Shown here: positions 34,842 to 44,619 of the stretch, piece after piece
Numbering within the stretch: position 1 is the first letter of the stretch
How the letters are laid out: the number at the start of each line of letters is the position of its first letter
Origin: a virus
Lineage: Duplodnaviria; Caudoviricetes
DNA length: 64,000 bases
Strand: one strand, 5' to 3'
IMG/VR virus record: IMGVR_UViG_3300031993_000053
Coordinates: 1-64,000 of that record
Notes under the pieces: generated by a model
Database searches by the model: none
What the model was told of the DNA's origin: nothing
What the model saw: the letters and a program-made list of their open reading frames with translations, nothing else
Translations under genes and position numbers: made by a program

Positions 34842-36983
34842 TTATTCTGCTTTCTTATATGCTACTAATACACCTTTTAATCCTGCTTTGAAACTATCAA
34901 CATCACCATTAAAACTATCATCTCTTACAAATATAACTGCTTCATCTGTTGCAATTAAGAATTGTTTATCATCCATCAACCAAGCATTAGATTGTGTTGT
35001 TGGTATATATTTAGTAGATATATATTTAAATGTTGTATAATCATCAGTTAGAATACTTGGCACATATATAATAAATAATACATATTCAAATCCTGCATCC
35101 GTTATATAAGTAGTATTTCTATTAGTTAAATCAATATAATCAGTATCTAGGAAATTCACAGATTTAGCCACAGATAATACTTGTCTTAATACATTACCAC
35201 AAGTATTTAATATAACTGCATCTTGAGTTTCACGAGCAGTTTCTTCAGCACTTAAATCATCTTGCTTAACTAATTCACTTGGAGTACCTTCAGTGTAGTT
35301 ATATAAAGTATCTACAAATGCTTTATAATCAACAGGATAGAATATTAAATTGCCTTGTGGAACTCCTGATGTGCCACTGTAATCTTGACTACCAAAGTCA
35401 TCAATATTTAAATTACGTGAGAATGGAGTACCTTGTTCGGTTGTTGGAGTGGCAAGTTTGTAGTAGATTGAGCCACTTGGAGGAGTCGTATCACTGCCGT
35501 TCTTACATCTAATTTGACCACTTGTTGCAACCGTAATTTGTCCATTACTATTAAAATTAGATGGAGATACACTTTCATATAAGCAAGTAAGTTGTGTTTT
35601 AACATTATCGTTAGCAGGTTTCTCAATTGTACTTATTACATCATTACAATACCACCTTGAATTAGCACTGCTATAACTCCAGTTTGGTTCTGATAAAACA
35701 CCAACCAACCTATGTACTACACCATCAGGTGCCTTGTAATCTTTTACATTACCAGCAGAGAGTAATGTCTCAGTTCCAGTATCAGTATTTGTTAATACCT
35801 CATATGGATAATATTGGTCATAGCCTGACTCATTTTCATAATAAATAGAAATCGTAACATCATCCTTATTTGATAAAGCATAATTTATTCTTATATAAAT
35901 ACAATCGCTTGGCACATAAAATGTTCCTGTGTATTCTAAATTTGCAGTATATGCTCCATAAGTTATAAATTTCTTATCTTTATCGAAGAAGCAAATATTA
36001 ACTTCGCTTTGTCCACCACCAATAATTTTATATGCGTGATAAGTATTATTTGGTATTACTTCAATATAATCAGAACAACCAAATCCAGATGCACTATAAG
36101 TTTCACCAGTTATGCCTAATAAATAATTATCAATTCCTTGTGACTTATCAAATTGTTCTCTACCGATTGCCTTAATATATCTACTATTAGCATTTACAAG
36201 TGTACCTTCATTATGTGCAAGACTTCCTTGATAGTATCTATACCAATTTTCTGGATGAGATAATAAGTAACTTGGTATATTTTCATTACCACCGAACCAT
36301 TTAGTCAAATCAATTAGATATACATCTTTATATTCAATAACATCATCAACTTGTGATTGTTCATTAGTAATGATATAAACTGTTGCTTCATTAGTTGACT
36401 CTGTAGATGTAAATACACCAAATACAGTAGTCCAAACATTAGCAGACAATGTAGTAGTAGAAAATGACGCTGAAGTATTGCCACTTTGAGAAAACATAAA
36501 TGAATTTGATTGATGTGGTTTGATTGTTGCAACGCCTAAATATTTATGCCCTGATATTGATGGATAATAACTATTTTGTATTAAACCAAAACCACTATCA
36601 CTTTCTGTACAAGTACAAGTTGCAACACCATCATTAAAAGTTGCAGTACCAAGTCTTGTTTGCCAATAATCACTCGTTAATATATTAACTAACTGATTTA
36701 CTACAATCGTATTACCTCTCTTCTCATTTAATAATGCTATACTACCTGTAGCAAAATCACTTTGTGTACCATTTGCTGTGCCTGTTGCTTGGAATAGGAA
36801 TGGCTCATTTTGATCAGCACCACTTTCTGCATTATATGGTGTTAGATTATCAGCTAAATCTGCTTCACCAGCCCTAAGCTGATCGTAAGATCCATCTTGT
36901 TTGGCTAAATTACCATATGTACCATCAGCTACATAATCTAAAGCTCTTTTTAAATTATTTCCATCAATAAATTTTTCAGCCAT
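34842..36983 (-). CDS. tail fibre / receptor-binding-like protein 1
   Basis: beta-rich, carbohydrate-binding-like segment; modules shared with 37133 (PF.FQ.TGT, IDLT.WF.G, LATPTTEQGTPF, VPQG..IFYP.DY). Confidence 0.65.
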   Translation of the reverse strand: MAEKFIDGNNLKRALDYVADGTYGNLAKQDGSYDQLRAGEADLADNLTPYNAESGADQNEPFLFQATGTANGTQSDFATGSIALLNEKRGNTIVVNQLVNILTSDYWQTRLGTATFNDGVATCTCTESDSGFGLIQNSYYPSISGHKYLGVATIKPHQSNSFMFSQSGNTSASFSTTTLSANVWTTVFGVFTSTESTNEATVYIITNEQSQVDDVIEYKDVYLIDLTKWFGGNENIPSYLLSHPENWYRYYQGSLAHNEGTLVNANSRYIKAIGREQFDKSQGIDNYLLGITGETYSASGFGCSDYIEVIPNNTYHAYKIIGGGQSEVNICFFDKDKKFITYGAYTANLEYTGTFYVPSDCIYIRINYALSNKDDVTISIYYENESGYDQYYPYEVLTNTDTGTETLLSAGNVKDYKAPDGVVHRLVGVLSEPNWSYSSANSRWYCNDVISTIEKPANDNVKTQLTCLYESVSPSNFNSNGQITVATSGQIRCKNGSDTTPPSGSIYYKLATPTTEQGTPFSRNLNIDDFGSQDYSGTSGVPQGNLIFYPVDYKAFVDTLYNYTEGTPSELVKQDDLSAEETARETQDAVILNTCGNVLRQVLSVAKSVNFLDTDYIDLTNRNTTYITDAGFEYVLFIIYVPSILTDDYTTFKYISTKYIPTTQSNAWLMDDKQFLIATDEAVIFVRDDSFNGDVDSFKAGLKGVLVAYKKAE

Positions 36984-36985
36984 AA

Positions 36986-37126
36986 TTATTTAGCCTCCTT
37001 TTTAGTAAGCTTTCTATAATATTTTTCATTTTCTTTATATATAATAGCTTCAGAATAAACTTTACCCGTTCTTAAATCTTTAACTCCATAAGGGCCTTTT
37101 ATTTTAATAATTTCAGTAATCGTCAT
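36986..37126 (-). CDS. 46 aa protein linked to the tail fibre genes
   Basis: read manually: MTITEIIKIKGPYGVKDLRTGKVYSEAII...; its end encodes the aggagg RBS of the next gene. Confidence 0.55.
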   Translation of the reverse strand: MTITEIIKIKGPYGVKDLRTGKVYSEAIIYKENEKYYRKLTKKEAK

Positions 37127-37132
37127 AAATTA

Positions 37133-39427
37133 TCACGCTTTCTCGCACGCTAGTAATACGCCTTTAAGACTTACTTTAAATTCGGTTGCATCAGTATAAG
37201 ATACGTCATTGATTCTAATTGCGTTTGGCGTTGCTTCAAGAATTGCGATAGCATTACTATTAGAATAATATAAACCATCAGTTGATTTCATTTTATATTT
37301 TGTACATATTGCTTTTGCAACACTGCCTGTTGCTACGCCTTTTACATTTGTAGAATATGCTATGAAAACGTGAGTTGCTGTCCCATACGTTCCAACATAA
37401 GTCCAAGTTAAATTACCTAAATCCACTACAATAGTATTATCAAAATCTAAACTTTCCTTAACACTCAAGCATTGTCTTAACGTTCCACCAATAGCGTTTT
37501 GTAAAATTGTGTCTTGATTAGTTCTTGCCGTTTCTTCAGTAGTTACATCACTCTTTAGTGCAAGATTAGTTACATCACCATTTACATAGTTATTTAAGTC
37601 ATCAATAACTAATGAGTAATCAGCAGGATAGAATATCTTACAACCTTGTGGTACTGATACTAAATCATTATTAGTATCACGCCAAGCCATTGTACCATAG
37701 TCATCTACATCAATTACCTCATCAAATGGTGTGCCTTGCTCTGTTGTTGGTGTAGCAAGTTCGTAACGTAAATTACCGCTTGGTGAAATACTATCACTAC
37801 CATTATTTACAAATATTCTTGCAACACTACCAAACGCAGACCAATAGGTAGTTAATTCACCAATATTTAATTCATTATATACTTTTGTTGTTGTAGTATA
37901 AGTATTACTTATTGATGAGCCTTTGTCCTTAACACTTAAAGGAGCATACCAACAAGTGGCACCAGAGTAGTAAATCCAAGTTAATTCGGCTAAATCATCG
38001 GTTTTACCACCATGTGTAATTTCACCACTAGGTATTTTCTTATCCCACTTACCTAAATCTTCTGTACCAGTATCATAGATGTGTTTTACAAATGGTTTAT
38101 ATTCACCATCACGTTCACCGTCCCAATGTAAGTTGATACAAATATCGTGGTTGTATGTTGTACCATATGCACTGCCCATTCTAAACTTCATATAACAAGA
38201 ATTAGATGGAATAGTAATATATGTATTTCTATTCACATTAGATAAAGAAGATACTTCATTGCCATCATTATCGTAAAACCAAATAATATTTATATTTGAG
38301 TTTGTTCCACTATAAAAATAATATTGTGCATTTGGAATTACACGAATCATATTTTTACTAGCAACTCTATTTATTGATTCTTCCCATTCTTCATCCCATT
38401 GATTAAATTCAATAGTTTCTAGGTATCTACCATTACTATTCTCTAGTGTACCTGCGTTAAAACTTAAATCACCATTAAAGTAATTTATCCAACTTTCAGG
38501 GTGGTCTAATAAATCTTGTGGAATATTACCGTTAAACCATTGAGTAAGGTCGATAATATCAGTGTCAACTTTATAAGTGCCAGCAGTAAGACCTGTTTTT
38601 AATATTACAGAAACTAAAATATTTTCTGTACCGTTTCCCTTAACATAAGTTCCGGTGCCACGTGTATAATTTATACCTGAAAAACTATCTCCAAAGCAAA
38701 TGTTTGGATTTGGATTATGCGTTGTATAGAAAAATCTATGACCAACTGGAACTTTTGCATAAGCATTATCAACATTTGATGTTAATACTATGCTTGTATC
38801 TTGTTGAATAGTATCAGTAACAGTAATTGTAATACTGTTGTCTGCATTCTTAACCCAAGAATAACCTGTGCCACTACCACTTGATAAAATCTTGCTTTTG
38901 TTAAACTTTTGATTTACCACAACACTATTACCCTGTTTTTCTAGGTTTTTGCCTTTTGGTGCAGTAGGCGTTGCAGTTGTGTTGTTTTCAGTTCCTGTAC
39001 CCTGAAAGATAAATGGTGTTTCTTGGGTACTACCACTATTCTCACTTACGTTTTCTAGTTGGCTTGCCATTTGTGATTTAGCAACAGGCGTTCTACCATC
39101 TATAATCTTATCTAATTCTTCAGTAATAACTTTATTTTGAACAGGATTAGTTGATTCTTTACTCATTTCTGTATCAACTGTAACTGTTCCAGTTGGTACA
39201 TCTGCTTTAATTACATCTCCATCTTCATTGATACCTAAAATTTTAATAGCATTTCCAGTATCAATGTCTGAACCTTTAATCGCATCTGATGGTTTTTCCC
39301 AAGTATAACCGTTATTTCCATCTGAAACTGGAACTGTACCTGCTTCAGATGTGCCAACTTTTACTGCGTCTTTTGTTTTTTCATTTGCTTCTTGAGCTAG
39401 TGCCCATGCAATAATATCTCTTGGCAT
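37133..39427 (-). CDS. tail fibre / receptor-binding-like protein 2
   Basis: paralogue of 34842; VDTEMS..STNPVQNKVI repeat motif common in fibres. Confidence 0.65.
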   Translation of the reverse strand: MPRDIIAWALAQEANEKTKDAVKVGTSEAGTVPVSDGNNGYTWEKPSDAIKGSDIDTGNAIKILGINEDGDVIKADVPTGTVTVDTEMSKESTNPVQNKVITEELDKIIDGRTPVAKSQMASQLENVSENSGSTQETPFIFQGTGTENNTTATPTAPKGKNLEKQGNSVVVNQKFNKSKILSSGSGTGYSWVKNADNSITITVTDTIQQDTSIVLTSNVDNAYAKVPVGHRFFYTTHNPNPNICFGDSFSGINYTRGTGTYVKGNGTENILVSVILKTGLTAGTYKVDTDIIDLTQWFNGNIPQDLLDHPESWINYFNGDLSFNAGTLENSNGRYLETIEFNQWDEEWEESINRVASKNMIRVIPNAQYYFYSGTNSNINIIWFYDNDGNEVSSLSNVNRNTYITIPSNSCYMKFRMGSAYGTTYNHDICINLHWDGERDGEYKPFVKHIYDTGTEDLGKWDKKIPSGEITHGGKTDDLAELTWIYYSGATCWYAPLSVKDKGSSISNTYTTTTKVYNELNIGELTTYWSAFGSVARIFVNNGSDSISPSGNLRYELATPTTEQGTPFDEVIDVDDYGTMAWRDTNNDLVSVPQGCKIFYPADYSLVIDDLNNYVNGDVTNLALKSDVTTEETARTNQDTILQNAIGGTLRQCLSVKESLDFDNTIVVDLGNLTWTYVGTYGTATHVFIAYSTNVKGVATGSVAKAICTKYKMKSTDGLYYSNSNAIAILEATPNAIRINDVSYTDATEFKVSLKGVLLACEKA

Positions 39428-39429
39428 AA

Positions 39430-39768
39430 TTAAACTCCTGTATTAACAAGTCTAGCTTCAACTGTTACATCTCCACCTGATACACTAGTTAAACTAACTT
39501 TTATATTTGCAGTAGCTTCAATTGGAATTTCAAATAATCCAGTTGAAGTAATTGTTTCATTTATTGAAAAGTCAGATAATTTAATAGCAGCAATTGATTG
39601 ATATTCAGTTGAATTAAATATATTATTAGCTTCAATAGTAATAGTCAAACTTGTAGCAGTACCACTTACATTAAGTGATAGTGTATCACAATTAGTATTA
39701 TTTAAAATGTCTGCAACTGTTGCACTTGTTGCACCATCAATTATTTTTTTAAATTCTTTTACAAACAT
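39430..39768 (-). CDS. virion structural protein (beta-sandwich-like)
   Basis: ORF track; T/S/V-rich. Confidence 0.6.
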   Translation of the reverse strand: MFVKEFKKIIDGATSATVADILNNTNCDTLSLNVSGTATSLTITIEANNIFNSTEYQSIAAIKLSDFSINETITSTGLFEIPIEATANIKVSLTSVSGGDVTVEARLVNTGV

Positions 39769-39777
39769 AATTCACCT

Positions 39778-40020
39778 CTATGCTTCGATTCCTAATAAAT
39801 CATCTATTTCTGAATCTGTATATGGAATTGCTCGCTGTTCATTTATTGCATTAACAATATTTGATTTATCTTCTGTTTCTAATTCCGATAAATCTCCAAT
39901 ATTAGTGGTATTATCAGCAGCTTCTTGCATAGCTTCTCCAATTCCATCTTCAATATGATTCATATTTGTAGCATTTAATGGAGTAACATTATTTACCCAT
40001 GTTGTTTTTGAATAAGGCAT
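39778..40020 (-). CDS. tail-fibre-associated protein
   Basis: MPYSKTTWVN..TPLNATNMNHIEDGI and L..L.T.DKSNIV.AINE, typical fibre N-terminal motifs. Confidence 0.7.
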   Translation of the reverse strand: MPYSKTTWVNNVTPLNATNMNHIEDGIGEAMQEAADNTTNIGDLSELETEDKSNIVNAINEQRAIPYTDSEIDDLLGIEA

Positions 40021-40035
40021 AATTTTTATTTCCTC

Positions 40036-40173
40036 CTACTCATTTAAATCAGTAACGATTGTAGTTTCTGAGCACAAAACTTGTTCGCCGCAGGTATTCG
40101 AACCCCAAATACCCGCGACATTATAAGCATAAAATAATTCATTTTCTTTTTCAATAGTAGTTTCTGTACTCAT
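40036..40173 (-). CDS. 45 aa hypothetical protein
   Basis: read manually: MSTETTIEKENELF...CGEQVLCSETTIVTDLNE; gagg RBS. Confidence 0.55.
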   Translation of the reverse strand: MSTETTIEKENELFYAYNVAGIWGSNTCGEQVLCSETTIVTDLNE

Positions 40174-40183
40174 AATTTAACCT

Positions 40184-42130
40184 CTATTTTTCCCAGTAAA
40201 TATCAAATTCATTATCTGGATAATGATTAAATAAATATCTTATAGCACCAGTTTTTGATGTAAAGTCATAATAACCTTGACCCCATAAACCAGTTGATGG
40301 ATTATATCCAGCACCAACTAACCAATCTTTTCTTAAAGGTCTATAAGCTATAACATATAATCTATTATTTTCATCTTTATAAATACCATGAACATCAAAT
40401 CCTTGGCTAGTCTTTTCTAAAAATTCTTCAGAATCTTTAACTTTAGAATCTTTAACTTTAGAATCTTTAGTAGTTTTAAAATGTTTTAATTCAGCTGGAT
40501 TATCATTTAAATATTCTTTAACATATCCAATAGCTTCATGGCGATCTTTAATTCCATATTTCATTAAAGCTTCTGCAACTTCTTCAATAGTTGTAGGCCA
40601 ATCTTTAGAATAAACAATATCATCAATTAAATCTTCTTCAAGCCAAGCTGGTTTTTCATCTTTAGCTTTAATTTTAGCGATAGAGTCTTTAAGAATTTTC
40701 TTAACTGAATCAAACTTACTATTTCTTGATTTAATAACACCAAGGCCTTCTGTCTTTAAAATAATATTATAAAAATATTGTAATAAATCAGAAACTTTAT
40801 AATAATCATATTTATATTCTTTTTCCATAATTTTCTTAATTGATGGAATAAATTTTTCATTTACATATGGAGTATTAAGTTCATTTCTAATTACATTAAT
40901 TGCTTGTTTAGCAAGCTCTTCACTAGAAACTCTACCCTCATCTATATCATTAGTCATTTGCGGTAGCCATTTACTTAAAATATTAGCAATAGATTTTTGA
41001 TTGTATCCTATGCTTAAAAGGCGTTTCCTTTCTTCAGCTTCTTCTCTTAATTGTCTTGGATCAACAATTGCATCATTAAAGTAATATGGTAATTTTTGAT
41101 TTAATTTTTTAATTACTGTATTAATTGCTTTTTCAGTATTCATATTATTTGTTTCAACTTGCTCTTTTACTTTTTCAACAGCTTGTCTATATGTTCCACC
41201 ATTTTCTTCAGCAAGTTTAGTTAATACTTCAATAGTATCTTTTGGTAATTTTCCACTTTCAACTTGTTTTGCAATAGTTTCAACCATTGAATTAATACCT
41301 TTTTCTTTTACAATCTTTGGTACACTCTTATACAATTCTTCAGCTGTTTTTGAACTTGCGCGAAGACTTTCTTTTTGAGCTTCATTTAATTCATGGCCAT
41401 ATTCAGTATATCTTTGATTTGGATCAGATTTTATCGCTGAAAGAGCACTTCTAAGTCTAGCACGTTTATCTACTAACTTATCATATTCTTTACGTTCAGC
41501 TTCAGTTAAAGGTTCAACATTACGATGTTTATAAATTAACTTTGAAATTTCATCTAAAACAATCTCTAATTCGTTATTTATTGATTTTACTTTTATTGTA
41601 TATTCTTTATATTCTTCTTCATCCTTTGGATCATATTTACCTTTAAATCTGTATCCACCTTTATCTTCTCTATAATATTCTTCTCTATAATCTTCAAGAC
41701 CACTTAACCATGCTTCTTTTGGTGATTCAAAATCAGATCTTAATAATACATATATATTTTTATCAGTATCATCATAATAAATAACCATATCATTTTCACG
41801 ATTACCTTTTGAATAGATACCTAACATATCACCTTTTTGATTTTTCTTAGCTTCCATATTTTTTGCTTTTTGATCTTCAGAAATAATTCCAAAATCATTA
41901 CCAAAAAATTTATCTAAGTTAACTTCAACATCTGATTTTGTCCAGTCATGGTTTAAATTATCATAATTATATCCATAAAGAAGAGTCTTTGCTTCAGGAT
42001 ATGCTTCTTCATAATCCTCTTCAGTAAGTTCAATTTTATCAGCAGGATTTTCTTCCTCTTGAACTTCTTCAACTTTAACTTCTTCTATTTCATCATCTTT
42101 AATAATATCTTTATTTTTAATTATTTTCAT
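40184..42130 (-). CDS. multi-module head-associated polyprotein candidate
   Basis: IKDD, LKDS, KDSKVKDSKVKDS motifs separating unrelated segments. Confidence 0.75.
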   Translation of the reverse strand: MKIIKNKDIIKDDEIEEVKVEEVQEEENPADKIELTEEDYEEAYPEAKTLLYGYNYDNLNHDWTKSDVEVNLDKFFGNDFGIISEDQKAKNMEAKKNQKGDMLGIYSKGNRENDMVIYYDDTDKNIYVLLRSDFESPKEAWLSGLEDYREEYYREDKGGYRFKGKYDPKDEEEYKEYTIKVKSINNELEIVLDEISKLIYKHRNVEPLTEAERKEYDKLVDKRARLRSALSAIKSDPNQRYTEYGHELNEAQKESLRASSKTAEELYKSVPKIVKEKGINSMVETIAKQVESGKLPKDTIEVLTKLAEENGGTYRQAVEKVKEQVETNNMNTEKAINTVIKKLNQKLPYYFNDAIVDPRQLREEAEERKRLLSIGYNQKSIANILSKWLPQMTNDIDEGRVSSEELAKQAINVIRNELNTPYVNEKFIPSIKKIMEKEYKYDYYKVSDLLQYFYNIILKTEGLGVIKSRNSKFDSVKKILKDSIAKIKAKDEKPAWLEEDLIDDIVYSKDWPTTIEEVAEALMKYGIKDRHEAIGYVKEYLNDNPAELKHFKTTKDSKVKDSKVKDSEEFLEKTSQGFDVHGIYKDENNRLYVIAYRPLRKDWLVGAGYNPSTGLWGQGYYDFTSKTGAIRYLFNHYPDNEFDIYWEK

Positions 42131-42132
42131 AT

Positions 42133-42645
42133 TTAATATCTCCCTTGTTTATTTGGACAATGATTTTGTGGATGAACAACTGGTCCAGATGTAACAACAA
42201 AAATTGATGGTATAGCTTTAGTTTTAAGTAATGCCATAAGTGATGTTCCATATGAAGTTTGATTCCAAAATAGAGCATCAGCAGAATCTAGCATTGTTTT
42301 TGTTAAATCATAAGATTTACTAAATCCTCCAATTGTTGCACTTGCAATAACTCCTTTTGTTGCACCACCACCAGCAATTGATGCAAGTGAGTCACCAGAA
42401 GGAGTTTGTTGTTGTTGCGATATTAATGTTGCATAATGAGCAATACAATAACTCATTGCAAGTTCCCAGTCTGTTCCAAAAATTGAATAAAAGATTTTAT
42501 TATTAGCCATAGGATATAATTTATCGAAGTATCTTTGTCCTTCTTCAGTTGACATAAAATTTGCAAACTGAGGCATCCAAAATGTAAAATCAGCTTTTGT
42601 ATATTCTGGATTTTCTTTATTAATTGTAACTCCTATAAGTGCCAT
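42133..42645 (-). CDS. head-tail adaptor (DUF4054-like)
   Basis: F....PQF...W....S..IAHY.TL...G.I.SAT.GG.SKSY...W.QTSYG. Confidence 0.8.
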   Translation of the reverse strand: MALIGVTINKENPEYTKADFTFWMPQFANFMSTEEGQRYFDKLYPMANNKIFYSIFGTDWELAMSYCIAHYATLISQQQQTPSGDSLASIAGGGATKGVIASATIGGFSKSYDLTKTMLDSADALFWNQTSYGTSLMALLKTKAIPSIFVVTSGPVVHPQNHCPNKQGRY

Positions 42646-42658
42646 AATAAATCACCTC

Positions 42659-43051
42659 TTAAAGAATAACTATATTTCCAGTGTCTAGATAATCTTTAAG
42701 CATTTTTAAATGTTCTTGTTCTTCTTCAAGAATATGTTCATATAATGCTTTTTCATCATCATTAATTGAATTTTTAATTGCATTTTGATATAAAGTAATT
42801 GCTTCTTCCTCACTTTTAATTAGAGCTTCTAATTCTTGTCTTGGTTCAGCATCTTTTACTTCTTTTTTACTTAATTGATTGATTCTTGCTGGAATAACTT
42901 TTTCATAATTACAGTCATCACAACATTCACCATCTTCTTTTACTGGCCAAGGATTATTTCCATAACCTTCAAATTCTTTACCACAGATGCAGCATTTTTG
43001 TTTTTCTGCATCTTTAATTTTTTTAATTGTATAAATAGCCATAACTATCAC
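42659..43051 (-). CDS. Zn-finger plus half-ferritin (rubrerythrin-like) fusion
   Basis: CCICGK..GYGNNPWP..ECCDDCN; EEEAITLY...HILEEEQEH. Confidence 0.7.
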   Translation of the reverse strand: MIVMAIYTIKKIKDAEKQKCCICGKEFEGYGNNPWPVKEDGECCDDCNYEKVIPARINQLSKKEVKDAEPRQELEALIKSEEEAITLYQNAIKNSINDDEKALYEHILEEEQEHLKMLKDYLDTGNIVIL

Positions 43052-43055
43052 CTAA

Positions 43056-43418
43056 TTATAAATTTTCTCTACACCAGCGAGAATCCCACTTACAAATAGT
43101 ACGACCATTAAACATTCTATATAATACACCATCTTTTACAAAATAGCTATCATTAATATCATTATCAGTAATTTTAGCTTCAACATCTAATGTAACTTTT
43201 CCTGTTGCTTCAGATAATGTAACTGTAACAGACTTTTTATCATCACTTACAACTGGTGTAGCAGTTGCATTTTTAGCTGATACAACAAATGAATTAAATG
43301 GAAATCCTGCAAGAGCCGCAAATTCTAATTCAGCAGTTGCATCATCGTCAATAGTTGTTGGATTTTCTGCATCAGCAGTGCAATTTACTAATTTAGTAGT
43401 AATATCATAAGTTGCCAT
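43056..43418 (-). CDS. Ig-like virion protein candidate
   Basis: A/T/V-rich beta pattern. Confidence 0.55.
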   Translation of the reverse strand: MATYDITTKLVNCTADAENPTTIDDDATAELEFAALAGFPFNSFVVSAKNATATPVVSDDKKSVTVTLSEATGKVTLDVEAKITDNDINDSYFVKDGVLYRMFNGRTICKWDSRWCRENL

Positions 43419-43432
43419 AATTTATTCTCCTT

Positions 43433-43735
43433 TTATTTAATAATAAGTGCAATTAAAGCACCGATTATTCCACCAACAACAACTGTAATAATAGTTCTAA
43501 CTATTTCACGTTTATAATATTTTGCGTTGTCTAGTGGCTCACTTTCTAATTTTTCTAAGCGTTCATTTTGTTTCTTTTGAACTTCGGTCATGTTTTTCAT
43601 ATTAATAGCTAATTCTTTTACACAAATTACTAGCTCATTAAATGATTCTTGTTTATCTTCAACTTTATCAAGGCGCTCTTTAATATTGTCAACATCTTTT
43701 TCAATACTAACAATTCTTTCAGTCATATTTTCCAT
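43433..43735 (-). CDS. XhlA-like holin / coiled-coil membrane protein
   Basis: ER+..+E....coiled coil, then C-terminal TM IIITVVVGGIIGALIALII. Confidence 0.65.
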   Translation of the reverse strand: MENMTERIVSIEKDVDNIKERLDKVEDKQESFNELVICVKELAINMKNMTEVQKKQNERLEKLESEPLDNAKYYKREIVRTIITVVVGGIIGALIALIIK

Positions 43736-43746
43736 AATAGAACCTC

Positions 43747-44064
43747 CTAGCCTTTTTTAACCATATTATAATTTTCAACAACAGTTTTAATTATTTTTGT
43801 TAATACTTTTACTAAAAGATTAAATGGGATATTTAAACTTTTACATTTAGATTCTACCATATCTAAAACTATTTTTAATTTTTCTTCGCCATGACCTTCT
43901 GGATAAATTTCTTCTGCTTTGTGTACTCCCTCTTTAATCGTTTCCATTATTTCACTAATCCAATGATTTTTAATTACATTAACTAAAATGTAAACGATTA
44001 AAGCAACAGCAAATACACATAGACAGATAAATAGAAATAGTTCTAATCCTGTCATAATAATCAC
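43747..44064 (-). CDS. holin-like protein (LL-H type)
   Basis: N-terminal TM; AEEIYPEGHGEEKL..V. Confidence 0.6.
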   Translation of the reverse strand: MIIMTGLELFLFICLCVFAVALIVYILVNVIKNHWISEIMETIKEGVHKAEEIYPEGHGEEKLKIVLDMVESKCKSLNIPFNLLVKVLTKIIKTVVENYNMVKKG

Positions 44065-44067
44065 CTA

Positions 44068-44604
44068 TTAAGCTCCAGCTTCTTCAAATTTTGGTTCGCC
44101 TTCATCAATTGGTTTAAAATCAATTCTACCAGCAGTAAATACCCAAGTTTGAGTTGCAGCATTTTCACCAAATACTTGATCTGGAATTTTATTAATCATA
44201 CAATCCGTACATTCAATAAATGTTGTAGCAACCCCATCATATGTAGCAGGAAGACCAACTGAAATATGAATTCCTTTAATATATTTATATGTTCCAACAT
44301 TTTCTATTGCACTTTCATAAGCATTTGAAGCTAAAATTAATTTAATAATTTCATCTGCAACTTGTCTAATTGTTAATTCAACAGTACCAGTTTTGTTTAA
44401 GTTTCTATTATGAACCCATGAACCAGTAACATCTCCCTCAGTAGTAAATGCTTCAACAGAACGAGTAATTTTAATTTCACCTAAATAAGATCCTTGACCA
44501 TCATTACCAGGACCACCAATAACAAATTTAGATCCAGCATAATCACCAATGCTAGGAATATCAATAGCAACTTGATAATCAGCTAATGAATATCTATTAA
44601 TCAT
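44068..44604 (-). CDS. tail tube protein (contractile tail)
   Basis: YSLAD..V.I...G..G....TGTVELT..Q...KIPD..FG.NA.TQTW.F; downstream of the sheath. Confidence 0.75.
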   Translation of the reverse strand: MINRYSLADYQVAIDIPSIGDYAGSKFVIGGPGNDGQGSYLGEIKITRSVEAFTTEGDVTGSWVHNRNLNKTGTVELTIRQVADEIIKLILASNAYESAIENVGTYKYIKGIHISVGLPATYDGVATTFIECTDCMINKIPDQVFGENAATQTWVFTAGRIDFKPIDEGEPKFEEAGA

Positions 44605-44619
44605 ACTAAGTTCCTCCTA

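Noticed and set aside
34842-39427. Diversity-generating retroelement TR/VR pair in the fibre genes
   Set aside because: No reverse transcriptase in the window; shared blocks differ at all base types, not only adenines.
40089-40116. GC hairpin (GCGGGTATT..AATACCTGC) as a second bypass element or tRNA fragment
   Set aside because: It lies in an intact 45-aa ORF with no frame break, and there is no cloverleaf.
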